Source: Octopus bimaculoides (taxonomy: Eukaryota). Taken from it: a DNA stretch of 48,695 nucleotides. Positions 37,004 to 48,695 of this stretch are shown piece by piece (the first letter of the stretch is position 1; every line of letters starts with the position of its first letter). Location: positions 149,090,995 to 149,139,689 of the forward strand of contig NC_068982.1 in assembly GCF_001194135.2 (NCBI RefSeq), given 5' to 3'. The notes under the pieces were generated by a model that saw only the letters and a list, made by a program, of their open reading frames with translations, did not search any database and was not told the origin of the DNA. Position numbers and translations under genes: made by a program.

Positions 37004-38125
37004 CCTATATATAAAAAAAAATGAATAATTTATAAAAATAGAGACTGACACCAGTATTTGACTGGTACTTAATTTTATAGACCCCCAGATGAATGAAAAA
37101 CAAAGTTGACCTTGGTAGGATTTGAACTCAGAACATAAAGAGATATTTTATCTGACATTCTAACAATTCTGCAAACGATGATGATAATAATGATAATGAT
37201 AATGATGATTCTATTGTGGTTGCTAATATTGTTGCTATTGTTTATTCTATTAATGCTGTTGGTATTGTTGCTGTCGTTGTTATCATTACTATTACTGCTG
37301 TTGCTATGGATATTATTCGAGAAACAGGAAAGTAATAAAAGCCACTTAACAATGTAAAGCTTGGTTAAGAAAAAAAAAAGAAAATACACAGAAAATTTAT
37401 TCAAAATTTCTGCTTTAACATGTTCTAATCTCAGGGTTGAAAATGTTGAAATGAGACATAAGCTGTAAATAACAACGAAACCATTGAAGAAATTTTTACA
37501 TATTTTATTTATTTATTTATTTATTTCTGTTTTATATTTTCATTTATGATTTTCATTTATTCATTAATTATTTTTTTTCCAGTTCAAGATTAGGGCTTGT
37601 TAATGTTGAAACATTGAATAAATTTATTTTTCTCCAACTTTGCATTGTTAATTGGCTTTTATTAACTTTCTATCTCCATACAGAAACAACAATACTTTTA
37701 GTAAATTATGAATTGTTAATATTGTTATCATTGTAGGTTTCGATATTTAATTTATTGTTGATTTTTTGTTGTTATCCTTGTTGTTGATTGTGGTGGTGTC
37801 GGTAGTGGTGGTAGCAGCAGGGATGTTGTTAATGGTGGCAGTAACATGACAGCAAAAGTAGGACTTGTTCTTCATGATGATGATGATGATGATGATGATG
37901 CAAAATAGAAACTATTCAGTTAATTGGAGTTTTTTACATAACCATCATTATCACTGATACCATCACAGCAATACCCAACCACCAACAATACAACCAACAC
38001 CACTGACACCACCATTACCACCACCATTACCACCACCACCAACACCAACACCTCTACTAACATCACCATCACCAACACCACCAACACCACCACCATATAA
38101 CTCATGTCATCATTTCTCATTTCTA

Positions 38126-38252
38126 CAGGGTGTCCACAAAGTCTGGCTACATGGAGTAAATAAAATCAAAACATAAACGATTAAATATAAGAAATAATAA
38201 TTTCTTAAAGTATGTGTTAATCCCCATGTACCCAGACTTTGTGGACACCCTG
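38126..38252. mobile_element. 127 bp Tc1/mariner-type MITE
   Basis: 29 bp TIR CAGGGTGTCCACAAAGTCTGG(C/G)TACATGG with one mismatch. TA at 38124-38125 and 38253-38254. Confidence 0.9.
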
Positions 38253-38939
38253 TAGAATAACCAACATTCGCATCACCACAACCAGCACCACAGCAATGAC
38301 CAGCACCAATTCTACAACCACAGCAACCATCACAAAAAGACTACCATCAGAACCAACATAACTGCAAACACCAAACACCACTACAATCTCTGCTATAAAC
38401 ACAACCACCACCACCACCGCAGCTACCACAACCACTACTTCCACCACTACAATTATTGCCACAGCTACTGGCATCACCAATACCATTTAATATCCAACAC
38501 TCATCCCACCCATGACCCTCACCTTCCTTCCATATACCTACCTCTACGATATAAAAGCAGCTTTCTCTGTAAGCCAGCTAAAGAGAGAGCATCTATATGG
38601 CTACACAACTTGCTAGAAATGGTAGCCAATGATCCTGAGAATTATATTCCGCCATCAGAAATATAATAAAAGACACATGGAGTCCTAAATATTTTAGAAA
38701 AAAAGACGAGATAGTCATGGCTGGAAACCCTTTAATCATAGGCCCATTCAGTCAGGTCAGACCTGAGCTTATTTAATCTCCATTAAATGCATAAATAAGG
38801 TGCAGTAGGCAGCTAAATATAAACATGTAATGGAATATGTCCACAGGCAATGGAACAGAGTACAATCAAGTACATTGTGACACAGTACAGTTCAATAAAA
38901 TAGAATATACAGTACCGTATTGTCAGTATAACGCGTGCA

Positions 38940-39200
38940 GGATGAGGACCTGTGCTGGTGCCATTTAAAAAGCACCTGTGCAGGAGCTGTATAAAAAAAC
39001 TCCCATGCTGGTGCTACATAAAACAACCACAGTACACTCTGTAAAGTAGTTGGTGTTAGGAAAGGCTTCCAGCCATAGAACTCATTCCAAAACAGATAAT
39101 TGGAGCCTGATGCAGCCCTCCAGCTTGCAAGTTCCTGTTGAACAGTCCGGCCTATGCCAGCATGGAAAATGGATGCTAAACAACAATGATGACAATGATG
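38940..39200 (+). mobile_element. Family A SINE, diverged
   Basis: GGTGTTAGGAAAGGCTTCCAGCC..GCCAGCATGGAAAATGGATGCTAAACAACAATGATGAC. Confidence 0.7.
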
Positions 39201-39927
39201 ATGATAAGTATGATTATAGCACAGTAGAGTGTAAGACTGCACAGTGCTGCACTATAAAGGAGACTGCAGTATAGTATAGCAAAGTACAATAAGCAGAGTA
39301 CAGAATAATATAGCATAGTAATGTACAAAATGAAAGCATGCAATATAGTGTAATGGTGTACATTGAGTTCAGTACACTATAATAGAGTACAGTATAACAC
39401 AGAACATTACAGTACTGTTATAAACCATGTGATGTAATACAGTAGTGTATAGTAAAATTCTATGTGATGCAGGACAGTATGTTGCAGTGTAATATAGTAC
39501 AGTACTTTAAGTACAGTAGAGAAGATACTGTACAATATGCACAGTGCAGTGTAATATAGAGCTGCAAAGTATGACACAGAACTGTAAAGAAGAATATGGG
39601 AGAAGATAGTATAGTACAATACAATGCAGAGCAGTATATTACTGGATTAAACAGTACAGTATAATGAAGTACAGTACCACATAATGTAGTATGGTAGATG
39701 TAGTTTAATAGAATACAGTACAGTATTGTACAATATGATAAAGTACACTACAATGCTGTTCAGTACTTTACAAAGCAATATAATACAGAACAATACAGTA
39801 TGGGCTGCTACTCCTTTGGCACCTGGGCAACAATTCCTAGCATTGTCCCCACTCACCACCACAAACATAGACCACTTTCTGTATCAAATTCAAAACAATT
39901 GTGTTTCACAAATAAAACTTAACCTAG

Positions 39928-40040
39928 AAACTCTGCCAAATTTAGATTGGAGCCTGGTGTTGCCATCCGGTTTCACCAGTCCTCAGTCAAGTCGTCCAAC
40001 CCATGCTAGCATGGAAAGCGGACGTTAAACGATGATGATG
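39928..40040 (+). mobile_element. Family A SINE, young 5'-truncated 3' end
   Basis: GAAACTCTGCCAAAT..GGAAAGCGGACGTTAAACGATGATGATG, near-identical to 5738-5850. Confidence 0.88.
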
Positions 40041-40204
40041 AATCAACCCATTATTTGGGGTTTCTTTTAACATCCATTAACCCCTTTTGGCTACCCAATT
40101 ATCACTCCACTTTTCTTCAATGCCCTGGATCTTTCCATATCCCTCAAGGGGGCAGTACTGCCACTTTGGGAACCACTGGTGTAGACCATCACAAGGTCAA
40201 GTCC

Positions 40205-40555
40205 TTATTGTGATGTGATGGTTTGTTTACTTCAATGACCCTGAAAGTTATACCAGGGAGCACAAGTTCCTTGTAAGCCCTCCCATACTGAACAAATCAA
40301 AAGGTAGAAACCAGACTATTATGCATCACCTCTTCCTAAAAGCAAAAGTGGGTTTGCATAGGGCCAACACCCACATCTAGAGAAAAACAAAGTTACAGAA
40401 AGATCACTGATAATTCAAAACCACCAAGACTTGAGGGAGGAAAGCCTTCCTCCAAAACACAAATGAGGGGCTCTGATAGCCCAGAGTCAAGAACAGTGGA
40501 GAGAAGTCATCAATGGCCTATGTTTTGTAGGGAGCAAAGGGCTTAAGTAAAGTAA
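40205..40555 (+). mobile_element. RTE-derived element: putative 5'UTR-like part joined to an ORF C-terminus
   Basis: 40479-40550 reads AQSQEQWREVINGLCFVGSKGLK* followed by a TAAGTAAAGTAA tail. Upstream GCATAGGGCCAACACCCAC resembles RTE 5' UTR motifs. Confidence 0.55.
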
Positions 40556-40851
40556 CTACAATATTGTATGGAGTTAATGTATTGATACTGCATTAGGTTC
40601 TGACAGTTTGATAATTGTGCTGTAGAAGTATTGGTGATGTTGTTGGTGTAGTAATGACGTTGAAGCTCTATCAGTGGTGTTTATTGGATATTAGTGATGT
40701 TGATAATTTATTAGGAACTTTGAAAGTCTTGTGATGGGCTTTATGGTGTATTAGTAATGTTACTGTTGATGTTTAACTCCACATCTATTCATTCAAGAAT
40801 GATCAAAGGCATTTCAGCCATGATCATTCTCTCTCATTTCTCATTTCTCTC

Positions 40852-41243
40852 TCATTTACTTGTTTCAGTCATTTGACTGTGGCCATACTGGAGCACCGCC
40901 TTTAGTCAAGCAAATCGACCCCAGGACTTATTCTTTGTAAGCCTAGTACTTATTCTATCGATCTCTTTTGCTGAACCCCTAAGTTACGGGGACGTAAACA
41001 CACCAGCATCGGTTAACAAGCGATGTTGGGGGGAAAAACACAGACACACAAACACACACACATATATATATACATATACATATATACGACGGGCTTCTTT
41101 CAGTTTCCATCTACCAAATCCACTCACAAGGCTTTGGTCAGCCCGAGGCTATAGTAGAAGACACTTGCCCAAGGTGCCACACAGTGGGACTGAACCCGGA
41201 ACCATGTGGTTGGTAAGCAAGCTACTTACCACACAGCCACTCC
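40852..41243 (-). mobile_element. Family C tRNA-derived SINE, full length
   Basis: Reverse complement of 30169-30568 over its whole length. Confidence 0.92.
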
Positions 41244-41314
41244 ATTACTTTTTTTTATTTTTAAGACGTAGTATATTTGGGAGTATATCATTTAATGTAT
41301 TCTTTCCTTGAGGC

Positions 41315-41530
41315 AACAAGCTGGCAAAATCGTTAGTATGCTGGGCAAAATGCTTAGCAGCATTTCGTTCAACTTTATGTTCTGAGCTCAAATTCTGCTG
41401 AGGTCGACTTTACCTTTTATCCTTTTGGGTGGGGTCAATAAAATAAGAACAAGTTGAACACTGGGGCCAATGTAATCAATTTAACACCCTCACTATAAAT
41501 TGCTGGCCTATGCCAGAATTTGAAACCAAT
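41315..41530 (+). mobile_element. Family B SINE (further diverged copies at ~43045-43260, 43310-43490, 43745-43950; inverted at 37050-37175 and 47130-47275)
   Basis: AAGCTGGCAAAATCGTTAG..AAATGCTTAGCAGCATTTCG..GAGGTCGACTTTACCTTTTATCC. Confidence 0.8.
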
Positions 41531-42024
41531 GCGTTCTTTCCTTCTTCCTGATTACATATTTGAAAGAAATTTAGCTTCTATTTCTTGCAAATCAAACAAC
41601 CAATTCAAAGCCTTTCATAGGCTTATAGCATATTGCTGCCTTTGTTGTTGTTTAGCTTTGTTGTTGTTCAGCTTTAAGTCAGTCCTAACTGGACAGATCT
41701 ACAACCAAAAGATGATGCAGCTATGCTTATCTCATCTTACTTATAAGATGATAGTATGTCATTGCAGGACACATTCAGCTGGAATTTCTAGCGTTTAAAG
41801 CGACCAATTAAATGATCCCTTGTTGGCCTTAAGACATATTGTTGTTGTTGTTGTTGATGTCCTTAGCACAGTTATTGTTGTTGTTGTTGTTGCTGTTGCT
41901 GGTTATTAGTAATGCAATAATTAATAGTGATGGGGAGAGGTTTTTGATGGTGGTAGTGGTGGTGGTGGTGGTGGTGGTGGTAGAACATTTATTGATGCTT
42001 TTCAATGTGCTATGAATGATGATT

Positions 42025-42060
<36 letters not shown>

Positions 42061-43505
42061 CTCTTCATACTAAGGAAGCATAGTATTCGATGTGTTACTG
42101 TTATTATTGATTTCTACTACAGGGCACAAGGCCTATTTATTTGCTTATTTTTTTCGTAATTGATTCTTTGAAAGTCTTCACCATTTTGTAATGTATTCTT
42201 GTGATGTTCCCCTCCTCCATTGCCCTTGTGGCAAACGGAAGATTTTATCATCATCACCTTCATCATTCTCTTCATCACCGTCATAGTTGTTGTCATCATC
42301 GTCATCCTCATCAACATTAGTGCTGTTATTATTGTTATTGTTGGGGCTGCTGTTGCTGCTACTGTTGTTCTTGTTATGCTTGGTCTTGTTGTTGTTGTTG
42401 TTGCTGTGAGTGATGAAACAAGGGTTAGTTTTAATGGGGAAGGAGAATTGCAAAGGTTATTATAAGTGATGGTAAGATGAGCAATGGAGAAGAATGTCAA
42501 AGGAAAGAATAAAAAGATTAGGAATAAAAAGGAATAGACATAAGAAAGAAGGAACAAGAAAAATCTTAAGATAAGAGGCAAGGAGATAAAAAAAGAGAAG
42601 AATGCCAACAAGGAAAGGGAGTAAAATAAAAGACAATGAAAGAATGAAGGAAGAGAGGGAGAAAAAGAGGGAAAAGGAAAATAAAGAAGAAAATAGACAA
42701 AATGTCTAAAATTCTCTATTGATGTTGCTGTTGCTTAAATGAAAGGAAAAAGAACCCCTAAAAATTCACAAAAAGTGCTTGCCATTTTGAAGTGTCTTTA
42801 ACATTTCAAATTGAAAACAGAAAACGGAATAAAATATTTAGAATTAAAAAAACACAAAAGTAATTTGTACCGATTGCATTCATCACAAAATCATGTTCCG
42901 CTTTTGATAAGAGAAAAGTTATGGGCTAGCATTTTCCACTGTACTGGTCCAAAGCACTTTGAAAATAAATGAAATGATTTCCATAAAAATGTTACTTAAC
43001 TCTCAACAGACAGTAATTTCATTTCAGTATTATTACCATTATTAAGGCAGCAATCCTGTAGAACTATTAGTGTGCAGGACAAAATGCTTAGCAACATTTC
43101 ATCCATCTTTATGTCATGAGTTCAAATATTGCCTCAGTCAACTTTGCCCTTTATCCTTTTGGAGTTGATAGAAAAAGTACCAAGCAAGTGCTGGAGTCAA
43201 TGTAATCAACTTCCTCCTCCCCTCAAAAATCTGTGGGCCTAGTACCAAAATTGGTAACCATTGTTATATCATTATTAATATTCTAATTACTTTTCATCTA
43301 GTGATTTGGCATAATTGTTACAGCAGCAGACAAAATTCCTTGTGGTATTTCTTACATTATTTACAAATCAAAGTTCAAATCCTACCAAAGTTAATTTTGG
43401 GGTTGATAAAATAAAGTAGCAGTCAAATACTGAGGTTATTGTAATTGACTCAACTTACTTGGCAAATTTCTAACCTCAAACCTCTGTTAAAAACAATTAT
43501 TATTA

Positions 43506-43732
43506 TTGGGTTGTCTGGAAAGTTTTTGCCGATTTTTAAAGGAAAGAAAAATGTCAATAAATACTTGCCATTACATTTTTAATCAACCAAATATGAACCA
43601 TTTTGTTGCACAATGCGTCTCCATTTTTCCTTTAATTTTAAAATGCCCTCTCCCAGAATCGAGGTGGTTTCATGGCAAATAAGTTGAAAGGTAAGCTACT
43701 ATAAATTGGCACAAACTTTCTGGACAACCTAA
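43506..43732 (-). mobile_element. 227 bp non-autonomous mariner
   Basis: TIRs TTGGGTTGTCTGGAAAGTTT and reverse complement TTAGGTTGTCCAGAAAGTTT, with TA flanks (43504-43505, 43733-43734). The interior on minus encodes GILKLKEKWRRIVQQNGSYLVD*. Confidence 0.88.
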
Positions 43733-45329
43733 TATATTATGTTAGAAACAATTTGGCAAAATCCTTAGAGCTTCAGACAAAATACCATATAGTAATTTGT
43801 TGCTGCACTTTACATTCTAAGATCAAACTCTACCAAGGTCAACTTTGTTTTTCATCTTTCTGGGTCAATAAAATAAAGCACCATTCAAGTACTGGAGGTA
43901 ATGTAATTGATTAGCCCGCCTCCCTTCAAGCTTGTTCCTAAACTGAGAATAATTGTGGGCAGTGAATAAACTAATGAACTCTGAGTCAAATTCCTGTGGG
44001 GCCTCTTCTGTGGGCCTCTGTACAGCTGGTCTGGAGGGTGTACATAATATAGATGATATTTTCACATGGTTAGACATACTTCCACAGAAGACTGGAAGTG
44101 AGAGACTCTGCTTGAGTGATTGGGATTCTTGTTAATAACTACCCTGTGAAGTCAAGATATATAGAGAGAAACATACATGCACACACAAGCACATACACAC
44201 ATATATGTATATGTATAAATATATACATACATAGACATGCATGCATACACACACGCACACATACATACATACATACATACATACATACATACATTCATAC
44301 ATACATACATACATACATACGTACATACATACACATACAATAGACTTCTTTTAGTTTCCATTTACCAAATCCACTCACAAGGTTTTTATCAGTCCAGAGC
44401 TATAGTGGAAAAATGGTAAAAACTCTTGCCCAAGGAGCTACACAATGGGACTGGACTTAAAATCATGTGATCAGGAAGCAAATCGCTTAACCAAACAGTT
44501 ATGCTTCTGCCTAATTCCACCTATATGTAAAAGATAAAACAACAATCTTAGGAGTTCTCCACCATAACCAAAACCCAGGAGGATCTGGAAAGAGTAAAAG
44601 AGTTAATTATTACGGCAAAGGAATTAAATACTAGAATTGAATTGTTTGTAATCCTCAGCCAGATTTGATCTTTGAAAGCCTGCTGAATCCTGCTGCTTCT
44701 TCATTAGTCATCTGTTTTATTTAGTCAATCCATTTAGTTTCCTTTTAAAGCAACATCTAGAGAAGGAAATGACAAATTAACTAAATTTGGTGGATAGTTT
44801 GAAATGAAATTTATAACATAATTAGATCTGACCTGAAAAAGTTAATATTTGCAGGTAAAAAAAATTAACCTTGATTTGGGAATGTGGAAGTATGATGCTA
44901 TCCAAATCTATCCAGCTCATGCAATTATGTGTATGATGTTGTTGATACTACTGCTTCCTTCATTAAGTATTTATTTTGGCATTACGAATGAAGCATGGTG
45001 TGTTTTTGTTTATATTTGCACAAGACTGCAATGATTAAATATATTTCTAAATTTGCAAAATTTATGTAACATAATTGCTAATATATTTCAAATTACTGAA
45101 AATGCTAAAAATTTTTATCCATGTTATCATAGTATCCAATATTATAGAGTTCTTTAAATATTGATTTGTAGAGAAAATTATGAGAACAAATTGCTTTTAT
45201 ACTGATTCATGCACGCTTTTTAGTTGTTGACTATTCAAAATATGTATAATATTATTTTCATATAATTTGACTAATATCCCTTTTTGCTTGCTTTGTACAT
45301 ATTTTATAATTCTGGGTTATTAGTCCCCA

Positions 45330-45960
45330 ATTTTAATAACTTGGTTTTAATTATTCAATCACTAATTTTTAGCTACTCATTTTAACTACTACAAAATAAA
45401 ATCAATAACTGGCTAGAACTACCATTTGTAAGTTAAAATTATTAATTTTAACTGCTCAGTCATTACTCTTAACTATTCAACTGATTGAGCAGTTTTACCT
45501 ACTCAGTCTTAATTACTCAATTCTTACTTTCAATTACTCAGGTTTAATTAGTCACTGATTTTAGTTACTCCTTCTTAATTACTCAGTTATAAATTTTAAT
45601 TTCTCAGGCAATATCATTTTAACAACTCAGTGATTAATTATAGTTACTCAGTCATCATTACTCAGTCACTAATCTTAACTACCCAGTCTTGATATCCCAG
45701 TCAGTAATTTAAACTTCTGAGTCTTAATTGCTCAGTTTTCAATCTTAACTTCTCAATCATAGTTATTTAATCTCTAATTTTAACTATCCAGTCTTTATTA
45801 GTTAGTCATTAATTTTAACTAATTTTAATTACTCAGTCACTAATTATAATTAATTATCACTATTTAGTTAGTCAATCTTTATTTTTAATGACTCAATTCT
45901 AATTATTTTACCATTAGTTTTGACTGCTCACTTTTAATTATTTACTAATTTTTACTTAAA
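45330..45960. repeat. Degenerate AT-rich minisatellite built on TTAATTACTCAGTC-like units
   Basis: Six exact TACTCAG plus many one-mismatch variants, all on the same strand. Confidence 0.8.
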
Positions 45961-46427
45961 TTTTCTTTAAGCCTATATACAAAAAGTAATTTGAGTTAAG
46001 TATCACTGCTGGGACTAAGAATCTGGAGTAAATGATAGGATAAATTATTTACAAATAGAAGAATTTAAAAGTGAATTCATTGCTGTTGCTCTGATGAGAA
46101 AGTGATTAATCATAGGCGCAGCAGCATAGAAGGTGGACATTAAACAATGATGATGATGACAGTATGCCTGTGTGTCTAAGATGTTTGTTTCCCAACCAGA
46201 CGATTTCAGATTTAGCTCAACTGCAAATTTGTGATTAGAAGTATTACAGCTGAGACCATCCTGTATGAAGAATACAGAACATGTTCGGAATTTATTTTAT
46301 TGAGACTCTGGTATGAAGTGAAATCAGAATGTAGAGATATAAAACTCTGGCTTTATGAGTTCTAGGGTTCAGGATAAACTTAACTCTAAGTAAGGATGAG
46401 CTCTGGTTATCAACTATCATTAATTGA

Positions 46428-46860
46428 GATGACAATTTTGAGAAGGACTGAGTGAGCAATGGTGAGGGAAATGTGTGGCACGAGGCTGTTTGATAAGAGG
46501 TGGACTGAGGACTTGAGGACTTGATGGGGATGCTGGGGTTGGAGGAATCAGTGGAACAGCTGGCAAGGGTGAATGGAGTGCAGTGGTATTGGCATGTGTT
46601 GAGGAGGGATGAGGAGCATGTTCTGAGGAGGGTGCTAGAGTTTGAGGGAAATGGACAGCAAAAGAGAGATAGACCAAGGAAAATGTGGAGGGGACAGATG
46701 GAGGAGGAGATTGGGAGAGTTGGCTTGAGAAGGGAAGATGCCCAAAACAGGGCAATATTGTGAGATGGTGTGAGGGCGGTTGCTATGGCATTGAGGTATA
46801 TCTGGCCACCCCCATTAGTGGGGACAAAACCTGGATTCAAAATAATAGATGATGATGATT
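46428..46860 (+). mobile_element. RTE-clade LINE 3' remnant with (GAT)n tail
   Basis: ILRRTE*AMVREMCG, MLGLEESVEQLARVNGVQWYWHVLRRDEEHVLRRVLEF..RDRPRKMW..GLRREDAQNR, then IWPPPLVGTKPG and GATGATGAT. Confidence 0.9.
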
Positions 46861-47619
46861 AAGGGAGATGCTTAAAATGAATACATAATAAAGCTGTATT
46901 TGCAAATATTTTGCCCTTCTTCTTTAGTTCCATTTTGTGCTGTACTACCAATAGAAGCCTCTTTGGAGAGTTTTAGTAGCATATCAATATTCTGTTGGAA
47001 GCAGTTGTTAATTCTTCACTGAGTCTGTTCCATTTCTTGTAAGTGGTCACCTGTAACATTGCAAAACATAGTCAATGATGAGAGAAAAACAAACTGGTAG
47101 AGAGAAAGAGAGAGAGAGAGAGAGAGATGAATTAATCCTGGTATTTGACTGGCACTTTATTAATCGACCTCATAATAAAAAAAAATGATGTAGACACAAG
47201 ACTAATTGACTATGAACTCAGAACACAGAGAACTGGCTCAAATACTGCAAATATGAAATCCAATGCAATTAGCAATTTGTCTACCGATTACTTTAATCTT
47301 AAAAGTGGAGGGTAACTCCAGGTCAGCCCAGCCTGAACAGATATTTAATGAAAAGACATGAATCATCTGTGCTTTATAGGGACATTGTATATAGGAATAC
47401 ATTATTTCATATATCATTGCTCTGTTTAGATGATGGGATGTAATTTGAAGGAGTGCAGGCTGTTATGGCTAACATGTTAAGTGACAACATAGAGATTCGC
47501 CAGTAAAAAAAAGAGAAAGGTTGTTGTTTAGCCCTAGGTCAGCCTGGATCAAATAGACAGACAATGAAAGACATTCCAGCTATGACTATACTGTCTTTTA
47601 TTTATATAAAACAATAAGA

Positions 47620-48320
47620 CCCGGCAAGACAAGTGAGGCCATAACCCGTGGCCTTTACCAGGGTTGTAGCCAGCCCACTTATGCGTACCTTTCCTTCTTT
47701 GGACACAAAACCCTGCTTCTGAAGACCTGTTGAGGCAAGTGAAATCGAAATCAAAATCAAAATTGAACCAAGTTCGATGACTGGCACCCATGCCAACCTT
47801 CCTTCATTGGACACTAAACTCAGCTTGCGAAGACCTGTTGGGGCAAGTGAGATTGATCGAAACTGAATCAAATTCGATGACTGGCACTCATGCCAGTGGC
47901 GCGCTAACAGCACCATCTGAGCAAGATCACTGCCAGAGCAGCGGTTTCGCTTCCATGCCAGTGGCACATAAAAAGCCCCATTTGAATGCAATCGTTTCTA
48001 GCTTTGCCTTACTGGCACTTGTGTCGGTGACATGTGAACAAAACATTGGACTGACTCCTGTGCAGGTGGCACGTAAAAAACACCATTTGAGTGTGGCTGT
48101 TGCCAGTACCGCTAGAGTGGCCCTCATGCCGCTGGCACATAAAAAGCACCCACTACACTCTCGGAGTGGTTAGTGTTAGGAAGGGCATCCAGCTGTAGAA
48201 GCCTTGCCAGATCAGATTGAAGTTTGATGCAGCCATCTGGTTCGCTAGTCTCCAGTCAAATCGTCCAACCCATGCTAGCATGGAAAGCAGACGTTAAATG
48301 ATGATGATGATGTTGATGAT
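47620..48320 (+). mobile_element. Longest family A element (~700 bp), with a duplicated 5' module
   Basis: ~108 bp tandem unit at 47688 and 47797, several GCCAGT..GGCAC(G/A)TAAAAA modules, then the family A core and (GAT)n tail. Confidence 0.85.
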
Positions 48321-48695
48321 GATGAATGTCTCAACCACATTATCCAATTCAGTCTTATTTGTTAAAACGGTCAGATCTGATTTGAGTAAGGGAGATTTGG
48401 CTATTTTTTCTATCAAGTCAAATGAACAGGAGTGTAAAACATATATATATAGATCATGAAAAATGAAAATAGAATCCAGTAAAGCCATATTTTTATTAAT
48501 TTGCTATACTCACAAACAAGCTACCACTGATTATATTATATGGAGACAACCAGGAAATACTTCCTATGTCTTGTTAATGGCAACAGTTCCAAAAGCTTTG
48601 TTAGAAATATTGGTGGTTATTTCCAGTTTTTTCATATTCTTTCTAAATCAAGCGGCGGTGGCGGTGGCGGTGGCGGTGGTGGTGGTGGTAGTGGT

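Noticed and set aside
40161-40178. hAT-like terminal sequence CCACTTTGGGAACCACTG
   Set aside because: Only one end is visible, with no partner TIR or 8 bp TSD.
47719-47750. CTGAAGA...GAAA hammerhead-like spacing in the family A 5' module
   Set aside because: The second tandem copy reads TTGCGAAGA at that position, and there is no stem II closing or NUH/stem III. Likely chance.

Overview
Animal genomic DNA that is very AT-rich, microsatellite-dense and has seven N gaps. The repeat families resemble those I recall from Octopus, so the source is most likely an octopod cephalopod; this is recognition, not a database match. I found no intact protein-coding gene: the ORF track is mostly microsatellite or N-gap artefact plus decayed transposon fragments. 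Supported content: a near full-length decayed mariner with TIRs (747-1933), three short Tc1/mariner non-autonomous elements, two Penelope-like GIY-YIG retroelement remnants, R4/Dong-type LINE pieces in (TAA)n tracts, a CR1-clade RT remnant, three RTE remnants and many copies of several SINE families. The most interesting signal is a cluster of Penelope-related structures: fold-back inversions, degenerate hammerhead-ribozyme cores, and a tRNA-headed SINE-like element carrying a hammerhead-like core with an inverted copy of its own 3' end. A SINE family also appears to share its 3' tail with the CR1 LINE in this window. Coordinates were read by hand; TIR and motif positions should be close, while decayed-element boundaries are approximate.
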